The translations under genes were made by a program, and so were the position numbers. From the NCBI RefSeq assembly GCF_001194135.2, contig NC_068993.1, forward strand, positions 26,055,321 through 26,119,320: a stretch of DNA of 64,000 nt, given 5' to 3'. This document shows, in pieces, positions 26,763 to 36,945 of the stretch. How positions within the stretch are numbered: position 1 is the stretch's first letter; every line of letters begins with the position of its first letter. The stretch is from Octopus bimaculoides. Taxonomy: Eukaryota. The notes under the pieces are model-generated. The model did no database searches, was not told where the DNA came from, and saw nothing but the letters and a program-made list of their open reading frames with translations.

Positions 26763-28583
26763 CATTATCATTTAACGTCCACTTTCCATGCTGGCATGGG
26801 TTGGACGGTTTGACTGAGGACTGGCAAGCCAGATGGCTGCACCAGGCTCCAATCTGATCTGGCAGAGTTTCTACAGCTGGATGCCCTTCCTAACACCAAC
26901 CACTCCGAGAGTGTAGTGGATGCTTTTACTCGCCACCAGCACGAGGGCCAGTCAGGCAGTACTGGCAACGGCCACGCTCAAATGGTGTTTTATACGTGCC
27001 ACCTACACAACGACCTTGCTCGAATGTTGTTTTTCACGTGCCAGTAAGGCGACGCTGGTAATGATCATGCTTGAATGGTGCTTTTTACGTGCCACTGGCA
27101 CTGGAGCCAGTCAGCGGCCATGGCAACGATCACACTTAGATGGTGCTCTTAGCACTCCACCAGCACAGATGCCAGTCATGTGGTGCTGTCATCGAATTTG
27201 ATTTTGATTTCACTTGCCTCAACAGGTCTTCGCAAGCAGAGTTTAGTGTCCAATGAAGGAAAGGTACACATAAGTGGGCTGGTTACACCACTGGCATAGA
27301 CCACAGGTTATGGTCTCATTTGGCTTGCCGGGTCTTCTCAAGCACAGCATATTTCCAAAGGTCTTGGTCACTAGTCATTGCCTCGGTGAGCCCTAATGTT
27401 CGAAGGTCATGCTTCACCAACTCATCCCAGGTCTTCCTGGGTCTACCTCTTCCACAGGTTCCAGCAACCACTAGGGTGTGACACTTTTTCACACAGATAT
27501 CCTCATCCATTCTTACCACATGACCATACCAGCACAGCAATCTCTCTTGCACACCATATCTGATGTCTCTTAGGTCCAACTTTTCTCTCAAGGCACTTAC
27601 ACTCTGTTGAGTATGTACACTGACATTACACATCCAGTGGAGCATACTGGCTTCATTCCTTGCAAGCTTACGCATGTCCTCAGCAGTCATGGCCCATGTT
27701 TCACTGCCATGTAGCATGGCTGTTCATACACATGCGTCATATAGTCTGCCTTTTATTCTGAGCGAGAGGCCCTTTGTCACCAGCAGAGATAGGAGCTCTC
27801 TGAACTTTGCCCAGGCTATTCTTTTTCTAGCAGCTACACTTTCAGAGCACCCACCCCCCACTACTGACTTGGTAATGGAAGCTATCAACTACTTCTAGTT
27901 TTTCTCCCTGGAATGTGGCAGAAGTTGCTCTCTGCACATTTTCAGTGTTTATTGCTCCTGAGCATCTGCCATATACAAAAACTATCTTCCTAGTTAGCCT
28001 TCCTTTCATATCGCTGGACCTCTTATGTGTCCATAGCTTACACTAGGTACATCTTATATAGCTTCTACCTACACCTTTTCTACAGATTGAGCAGGACCAT
28101 CTACCTGAAGGGATTTGTGGTTTGTCTGCCTTCCTACTTATTTGGACTTTGGTTTTAGCTAGATTGACTCCAAGGCCCTTCGATTTTAATCCTTGCTTCC
28201 ACACCTGAAACTTCTCCTCTAGTTCTGATAGTGACTCAGCAATTAGAGCAAAGTCATCAGCAAAGAGGAGTTCCCAGGGGCATCCTGTCTTGAATTCCTG
28301 AGTTATTGCCTGGAGGACTATGATAAATAGGAGGGGGCTGAGGACTGAATCTTGGTGGACCCCTACCTCTACCTGGAATTCTTCACTGGACTAGTTGCCA
28401 ACATTCACCTTACTGACAGCGTCTCTGTATATAGCTCGCACAGCTCTCACCAACCACTCGTCTATCACTAGTTTCCACACTGACTACCAAATAAGGGATC
28501 AGGGGACCCTGTCAAAGGCTTTCTCTATGTCAACGAAAGCCAGGTACAGAGATTTATTTTTGGCTAAGTATTTCTCCTGCAGC
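26760..28583 (-). mobile_element. 5'-truncated, decayed RTE-clade LINE with complete 3' UTR and (GAT/ATT)n tail
   Basis: Minus-strand MLHGSETWAM...WYGHVVRM...GRGRPRKTW (27316-27717); collinear with the 7050-8940 copy from RT motif 3 onward; 3' UTR 26760-27315. Confidence 0.92.
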
Positions 28584-28618
28584 TAATAATAATAATAATC
28601 CTAATAATAATAATAATA

Positions 28619-28790
28619 ATCCGTTCTACTATAGGCACAAGGCCTGAAATTTTGGAGGAGGCTAGTTGATTATATGAACCCCAGTGCTCAACTGGAACTT
28701 ATTTTATTGACCCAAAAGGACAAAAGGCAAAGTCAACCTCAGTGGAATTTGAATTCAGAACATAAAACTGGAAGAAATGTAGCTCACTGC
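28619..28790 (-). mobile_element. tRNA-derived SINE, family B
   Basis: Matches 2951-3164 and 36741-36945. Confidence 0.8.
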
Positions 28791-29229
28791 CATGGTGATG
28801 GCGGTGGTGATGATGATGACGATGATGATGGTGGTTTCTGATTTATGTACAAGGCCAGCTATTTTTGAAGAGAAGGGATTAGTAAATACCAGTGACCCCC
28901 AATACTAGACAAAGGACTGTTTTATCAACCCCAGAAGAATGAAAGGCATAATTGACCTCAGAATTTAAAGAGCCAGAAATGCAAAACTCACTGCCATTTT
29001 TAACAAATAAATGAAATTATTATTATCACTAATAATTAACTCACTTGTGCCACAGCTGCTGCAGTCAATGCAAAAACCCTTCATAATGAAAAGAACCACA
29101 ATAAATTTGTACTGTTCTTAGCTAGGTTTTTTTTTCTCTTCTCATGAGGTAATCTATTAGTTAAAATACAAAGGAAACTTAAAACCAGAATCAGAAATAC
29201 TGGGGACATAGTTATTGCCCAGACCAATA

Positions 29230-29895
29230 AATCATAGTGACCCTTCAACAGGTGAATGTCTCATCTCTGTACATGCCACAACTACAGATGATAGCAGTAG
29301 TTCACTAAGTGAACTGGTTGATCCAGGTTGTTGACAGTCTATTGACCGTTCATCCACTCAGTATCTAGTGATGTTTGCCACCGACTCAATAAGTTCATCA
29401 GCTAAATAGTTCACATCTACCATGCTGCATCCCATGATTTCTATGTAACCCTGGTCCAGGACTACTATATATTCCCATGTAAACTTGATACCAGCTTTTA
29501 ATAATTTATTACTTAGTTAATTACTAAAAGTTAAATTATATGATATTACAAAACTCCTGTACTTGCTTGCATCTGCCTGCATCCTCCCACCATTTTATGC
29601 ACTCATATGGACATGTCCTCCGTCTCCCACTAGATCACTCTGCCAAAGCTTTATTCTTAATCAAGACAGTAGATATGGGCTGGAAGAGGCCTTATGACAG
29701 GTCCTGCACCAGAGACATGATTAGGGAAGATCACCATAGGCTCAACATCACTTTGGTGATACAGAGGGGCTGGCATGAGACTGCCAGTGATGGAGTGCTG
29801 GTGAGCCTGGTCAACTCTATGCATGATGATGTCTCTGGGACCACTAACCTGGAATGACCCCAGCCCCATGAGGCAAGAGCATGAAGCAAGCAAGC
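29230..29895 (+). mobile_element. decayed RTE-like LINE 3' fragment with (GCAA)n tail remnant
   Basis: HSYGHVLRLPLDHSAKALF...GWKRPYDRSCTRDMIREDHHRLNIT resembles the W.GHVLR...WKRP.GRP...W.D.I..D C-terminus; the upstream start is approximate. Confidence 0.6.
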
Positions 29896-30672
29896 ACTTA
29901 TTATAAAAGGTGAATAGCAACAGTTAGTCAACAAGTATGAAATATGTCTCTGGTTGGATACTGGCTCATTGAAATTATGGATTACAATTTTCTCACATCA
30001 GAAGTTAGTATAATCATCAATGCCATCAATAAGAATTAACCTTCTTATGTCAAGGGATAATTCTGCAGAGGTCTTTGATAAATTTATTATCTAGTTTGAA
30101 AAGATATCTTAGACTTATGAAGCTAGATAAGAATAATAAATTGGATTTATTTCTATTAAGTCTGTGTCTACAACAACCACTTATTACAATAATACAGAGT
30201 GGCCTGAAATTACAAGAGAGAAGGTTGAAAGTAACATTACATTGCATTCAAGAAGAAAAAATTTACAAACAACAAAATATGCTCATGTATATAAATTTCA
30301 ATGAGCCAGTATCCAACCAGAGACATATTTCATACTTGTTGACTAACTGTTGCTATTCACCTTTTATAATAAGTGCTTGCTTGCTTCATGCTCTTGCCTC
30401 ATGGGGCTGGGGTCATTCCAGGTTAGTGGTCCCAGAGACATCATCATGCATAGAGTTGACCAGGCTCACCAGCACTCCATCACTGGCAGTCTCATGCCAG
30501 CCCCTCTGTATCACCAAAGTGATGTTGAGCCTATGGTGATCTTCCCTAATCATGTCTCTGGTGCAGGACCTGTCATAAGGCCTCTTCCAGCCCATATCTA
30601 CTGTCTTGATTAAGAATAAAGCTTTGGCAGAGTGATCTAGTGGGAGACGGAGGACATGTCCATATGAGTGCA
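29598..30672. repeat. inverted duplication: two 379-bp arms (29598-29976 and 30294-30672) with a 317-bp spacer
   Basis: Arms are reverse complements by inspection; the supplied ORFs 29657-29920(-) and 30350-30613(+) have identical translations. Confidence 0.95.
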
Positions 30673-33049
30673 ACAGACCAGACAATGATGTTTAGGGGGA
30701 AAAAAATATTCAAAAATCAAAGGGAAATAACTCAAATAGATCTATGCAAATTATAATGACCAAAAATTATCTACAACTGTTTTTTTTTTATATATATATA
30801 TATATATAAAAATCTTTGTCAGCTGCACAAGCAGGTTTGAGTAGATGAGGTCTAATAGACAGAAACATTATCGTTCCTTTTCTTTGTGAGTCTTTGTTTA
30901 CTTTCTCCAACTTTCTCCAATTAAGAAGGAAATTTCATTCAAGAAGTTTTTGCATATGGCATTCAGCACATCACCATTTTCACTTATTTATCAATGACTT
31001 TCCCAGTTCTTTTTGACAAATATCAAAATATTGCATATTTTCTATATTTACAAAGAAAGTTGTAAGATAGGCTTTTGGTCAAAGATTAAACAATGAAACA
31101 GATCAAAAGGCAGTTTGCCATATCTTTACTTTGTCTCATGCGAATGAGAAAACCGTAACATTGCAAGGTGCTGTTTTTACAGTCCAAATGGAAAAGTCCA
31201 CTATCAGTGTTATGGTCAGCTTTATTCTAAATTATTATAATCTTATGTTACTACTGTGGAGAAATCAAGTTCAGTTTGGGTTAAAATTATTTTGCTTTGG
31301 ATCAAAAAAGAAACAAAATCTTCCTTCCTTATTTGTGCCATCAGGATGATGAATTACCCTTGATGACTCCCTTGACAAATGTAATGTGTTTGTCTTGGAA
31401 TTTTCTAACATTTTTTTCTTTTTCTTTTTTGCAAGACACACATCTTGTTGGCTACATACAGACAAGTTTTCTACACTTGAACATAAAGAACTAGAATAAA
31501 TACAATAAAACATTTTATCAAATGTGGTAACAATTCTGCCAATATGCTATCCTCGACTTGTTGTTAATTTTCTTGACTCCCAGAATCCTTAAAGAATGTC
31601 CTGCTGCTGATAAACAATGTTTTAATTGTGATACAACATTTTGTAAAAGGTATGTTGAAAACTAACCATATCAACAGTGTCATTTCATCAACAAGCTAAG
31701 CAAAAATCAACAGTGACCCAATATAATCTAGATGTCTTAGAAGAAAACAAGAATTTACAACATCAACATAAAATTTAGTATTTCTTTTAATGACAAGTGT
31801 GAAACAGTTTAAAAACTATCAAAGTTGCTTTTGAAGACCATCACCTGTGAAAAATCAGTAACAGCTCAACACACTGATTAATATGAGTCAACAAAGATTA
31901 AAAAATTAAGCTTTAGAGCTTTTTGCCCAACCAGTTGAGGAATGAAATAAAAAAAATATGAAATAACTTTGCTGACTATGCTGAACGGGAGAATGAAAAT
32001 ATAAATCTTCAGAAACAGTTGTCACAATTGTAACAGAACCAGGTAAACTATGAGGTTTGAAAGAAGAGAAAAGGACACTTCAAGAGGAAGTTGATGATTT
32101 GAATAAAGTTTGAAGAAACAAAAAAGAAATTTTCCAAATTTAAAGAAAAGAAAAAGAGATAACAAGAAGGTAGCCAACCTACTTAAATGATTCTTATGAT
32201 GTGTCCTGAAGATAAACAATGACTACTTATTGAAATATTTTGTGCAGGTAATTACTAAGTTTTGTTTTACCCACAAATTACTAACTTTTTGACATTTTTT
32301 TCTAACTGTTCTTTCTTTAGTTGTGCAGAGAATGTAGTACTGAGTGTTCTATAACTGTCTTATAATGCTATGTTAATTACTGACAATAAAATTATGTAAG
32401 ATCACAACAGTCCCATGCATACACATACTTATCAAAATGGATGGCATGACTTCATTAGCCAATAATTTTGAAATATGAAATGTGTCTATGGTTGGATATG
32501 GATTCTATCAAATTACAAATTACAGAAACAGGAAGAAACAAGCAGAAATTAATGACACTTAAGATGAATTGTGTAATTCTAATCAATGGTCTCAGATGAT
32601 ATGATGAAATGTATTTTAGAGTGAGTAAACTTCTAAAATTGGGTGTGCAAGAATTTTAATGTGAAACTATGCATTTTGTTAATAACTTCTCAATCAATAA
32701 GACAAGGAAGGAAAAGAAATTCCTTAAAATAACATGGAAGGGAATTGTAGTCATAATTGATATTATTTTCAGAAGATAATTAAGAAACTTGACCACATGC
32801 GACATTATCACCGATACCTTTTTTTTTTTAAACAGCAGAAAATGAGTGTGTTTCCTTTATTTTGTATATAGAATAGATATAACAAGCTAAGAAAGAAAAC
32901 AAGTTATGAAAATAACAATCCAACCATATTCTTCCATTCTTAATCCACTTTGAGAGACTATGTGTACAGATACAGGAAGTGTTCTATGAAACATCTCTAG
33001 CAGGCCTGCTGACACGTAACAAGAGTTGAGTGTGAGCTTAATAAAGATT

Positions 33050-33570
33050 TAGTATGCAGATGCAAAAAGAGAGTAGTTAGGAACTGTGTACCTGATACCA
33101 ACAATGAGCAACAACAGGTGTAATGTGGTCTAAGGCAAGCTGATAGGGATGGAATTTATATAACAGATTCACACAAGAAGCTAGCAGTAAGAGCACCCAA
33201 GAAAGAAATAACAAATCCAGAAAGTTCATTAGAAATAGTTGATAGCTTCTGCTACTTAGGAGATATAATCCATAGAGGAGATGAGCATTATAAAAGCTAG
33301 AGTGAGGACAGAGTCAAAAAAGTTCAAGGAGCTTTTATTTCTGTTGATAACAAAGGTCTTTTCTTTCTGAGTAAAGAGTAAATCGTATGACGCTAGTTTG
33401 CAGAGTATGATACAGCATAGCTGTGGGATATAAATGCTGAATGCTGAGGATACATGAAATCTGGAATGCAACAAGAAAACAGAAAGAAATTTATCCTCTG
33501 CTAGATGTGCAATGTCAGCATACATGAATGACAAAGCACAAAAATACTGAAAGAAAAACTAGACATCATC
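33050..33570 (+). mobile_element. decayed RTE-like fragment
   Basis: LEIVDSFCYLGDII...KKFKELL homologous to 8020-8340. Confidence 0.7.
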
Positions 33571-34654
33571 ATCACCACTTCTAGTGAGGCCACCAAGTAA
33601 CCTGTAAGACAGAGACCCCGTCCCTGCCTCAGCTGAGTTGGGAAGTATTACTGAGGGAGGTGGCTTTGTGCCAGTTGATGAAGAATTAGAGTATGATAGT
33701 AGGACAGAAACAAATGTTTTGCTGTTCAGGAGAAAGATGGTTACTCCAGCAGGGAGGGAGAGAGAAACAGTGAAGTTGGTGAAGATGTGTCAAGTTACAG
33801 GGAGGTGAATCTAAGTGAAGTGGTACAGAGAACTGGACAGCGTGAGTGGGTAAGTTCATAAGAGTGCAAAAGGAGAGGAGATAGAAAGTAGAGTAAGGAG
33901 GGGGATGCATTAAGTGGCAAAAGCGAGTGAGGGTGTGATAGGAAGATGAATTGCAGAGGAAAGATTTGTCAAGGACAGCTCGTGTGTAGGGGCAAAGACA
34001 TACACAACAAGCCTTTAGGGTCACATTTTTGCTTGAATAGATCTTCCCAAACTCAGTAAATCACCAGCATCTTGGTCCTTTGTCATTTCAATGGGGCTCA
34101 ACATCCAAATGTCATTCTTCACCATTTCTTCCCATGTCTTCTTGAATCTTCCTCTTCCACAGGTTCCATCCACATTTAATGATTAGAACTTCTTTATCCA
34201 GCTGTTCTCATCTATATGCATCACACAACTATGTCAATGCAGTCTTCTCTCTTGCACACTACACTTCATGCCTCTTATGCCCAATTTTTCACTCAACACA
34301 CATTTTGTTGTACATGCACCATGTTACACATCCAGCAGAACATGCTAGCTTTGTTTCTTTTAAGTCATTGTATTCAAGCCCATGTTTCACTAACCATGTA
34401 GCATTGTTGCTTGTACACATGCATCATACAGTCTGCCTTTTGTTGCCAACAGAAGCAACAGCTCTCTGAACTTTCTCGATCCTGTTCTTATTCTAGCAAC
34501 TATGCTTTCAGAACAACCTCTGCTGCTACTAAATTATAATTAAAACCCTTTCAGTAACTTTTATGACCTGGTCCAGCAATTTGATACCTCTGTAATTACC
34601 TAACGCTAAGGCATCTTCTTTACCCTTGTAACTGTTGACTATAATGCTACATCA

Positions 34655-34801
34655 TACAGTTCTATATTTAAGAGATGAGGAATTATGTACATTATTTACA
34701 TTATGCCACATGCCCGTGGGCATATGGCATAATGGTTAAGAGTGCAGGCTACTAACCCCAAGATTCCGAGTTCGATTCCAGGCAGTGACCTGAATAATAA
34801 C

Positions 34802-34836
<35 letters not shown>

Positions 34837-34984
34837 CAACAACATCGAAAATACCTTAGGAATGAGAACCCAGGTTCGAAATTTCCCCAAGACACCTGAT
34901 GAAGGCTGGAGGGTAGATCAGCCGAAATGTGTTAACAACAAACAAGATGAGGACACATATCCATCAAATGTAAATAATGTAAAG
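34655..34984 (+). mobile_element. composite tRNA-headed element with hammerhead-like core and inverted 5' segment, flanked by a 12-bp TSD
   Basis: TSD aatgctacatca at 34643-34654 and 34985-34996; tRNA-like head 34718-34790; (AAT)n; CTGATGA-A-GGCTG-loop-CAGCC-GAAA at 34896-34927; 15-bp inverted repeat 34688-34702 / 34967-34981. Confidence 0.8.
34718..34790 (+). pseudogene. tRNA-Arg-like SINE head (not a functional tRNA)
   Basis: A box TGGCATAATGG and B box GAGTTCGATTCC; similar to eukaryotic tRNA-Arg(ACG), but acceptor and anticodon stems do not pair fully. Confidence 0.65.
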
Positions 34985-36659
34985 AATGCTACATCAGTCA
35001 TTGGACATGAAACCTTCCTGTACAACCTGATTAACTATATGAATCACTAGGCTCTACTGCACTCCACCAGACAGCTACCAAACTGCTGTTGTGGACATAA
35101 GTGGTGACAACTGATCTCAGGCTAGGGAGCTTCACAACAGGAGATGACAAAGGAATGTGAGAAGTGGAGAGACTGTGTTGAAATTGACTTGACTAAAGCA
35201 TGCTTACACAGAAAAGTGAACATGACAACAGTGATGATGACAGCTGGATACTCAAAGAATTTTGTGTCTTTTCTTCCCTTCTTTGCTGTCTTTGAGGTAA
35301 TAATACACAAGTTCAACACTGGATGCTTATGAGAATTTCTGTAAAACTGACACTCACATAAGTTTGACATTTTCAAAAGATATATAGGTGTTAGAAAGAT
35401 TGCAGTTAAGGGTATTCTCTGTGCAAAATGCAACAATGTAAATGATTCACAGCAACTGAATATGGTAAGCTGAATAACTGTTAAGTTAAAAAAGAAAAGC
35501 TATGTGCAATGCAAATGAATGAGAAAGCAACTTAAAAAACACAAGAATATTTGGTCAGTGTATGTAGACAAGTCCACCTAGTAAGAATCTAGGACGTGAA
35601 TGGATGATACATGGCAGGAAGAAAACTATTGTTGTTGTTATGATGATGTTGACAATAAAGATAATCATGATAGTCTTCATTAGTATTGTCATTAGTGTTG
35701 TTGTGATCATCATCATCATCAACATCCAACTCACAAACAGTTGGTCTCTAGTATTTAGATTGAATATAATATCCAAAATGACAAAAAAATGTTGAACGAT
35801 ATAAAACTAAATGAAAACTACAGGTGTCGCATTTACACAGTTGAAGAACTTCATAATTGTTGATACAAAAAAGAAAAAGAAATAGATAAAATGATGAACG
35901 GAAGTGTAAATAGTTTCAAAATGTTTTCACCCAACTGCTTTTAGAGTAGTTTAGCTCCACTGATTTCTTTAATCTAACATCTCTTAAAAGAATCCATAAT
36001 AAATGTTTTTTCTTTGTGAAGAAACTGCAAATTAATTACATCCAACAGTATTAACTACCTCCTCCAAGCACTAGTTTTAATATCAAAATGTCTCTATTGA
36101 TCTACCATAGTTGGTAAAACTGAACAGAAAATCCAAATAATTTCTAATCAAGATTTTCGAAGTCCACACTTAGTTCCAGAAGTGATTTTCATTGTTCAGC
36201 ATAATGAACATATTAAAGATATCAGCAATATGACAGGAAATACAAATTATCAAATGCTAAAGAAATTTTAAATGTAACATTTTAAACACTTTATCCTGAC
36301 ACATACACACATGATGATGTAATAAGGTTGGTCAATTTTTGTCCTATCTTCCAACAAGATAAAACATGTATACACTGAGAATTAAATAAGAGAATAGGAA
36401 ATTTCCCCCCATTATGCCTTAGGTGATGAAGTATCAAATGGAACTGAAATAGCAATTCTCCAGCTGCTCATCTGCATTCTTTCATTATTTGGTCCTATCA
36501 CTGCAATCTTCCATCTCAGCAAGAAAATATAATCTATAATTAGTGAATTTAATAGAATTTATAATTATTGTGGCAATCTGTTCCGTCTTTCTAGACATTT
36601 TTATATACTAAAAAATCTACTATCACCAGATTTTTATTATTATTATTATTAGCAGCAGC

Positions 36660-36662
36660 AGC

Positions 36663-36741
<79 letters not shown>

Positions 36742-36945
36742 AGATAGTGAGCTGGCAGAATTGTTAGCATGCATTCAAATCTGGACACTCTGCATTCAAA
36801 TTCTGCCAATGTCAACTTAGCCTTTCATCCTTTGAGGGTCAATGAAATAAGTACCAGTTAAACACTGGATTGATATAATCAACCAGCCCCCTCCCGCTAA
36901 AATTTCAGGCCTTGTGCCTATAGAAAGGATTATTATTATTATTAT
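36660..36945 (+). mobile_element. (TAG)n microsatellite followed by family-B SINE with (ATT)n tail
   Basis: gtgagctggcagaattgttagc head and gcctttcatcctttgagggtcaatgaaataagtaccag core. Confidence 0.85.

Larger units (their letters stand above)
34020..35090 (-). mobile_element. internally deleted RTE-like fragment, split by the 34655-34984 insertion
   Basis: Minus strand homologous to 7060-7230 (34540-34654 and 34985-35090) joined directly to sequence homologous to 8070-8560 (34050-34530). Confidence 0.75.

Noticed and set aside
32484-32510. 25-bp near match (23/25) to the flank inside the inverted-duplication arm (29936-29960)
   Set aside because: Borderline significance in AT-rich DNA and it does not extend clearly; may be a small repeat remnant
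34718-34790. Candidate functional tRNA gene
   Set aside because: Acceptor and anticodon stems pair poorly, there is no terminator, and it is embedded in a TSD-flanked repeat; treated as a SINE head
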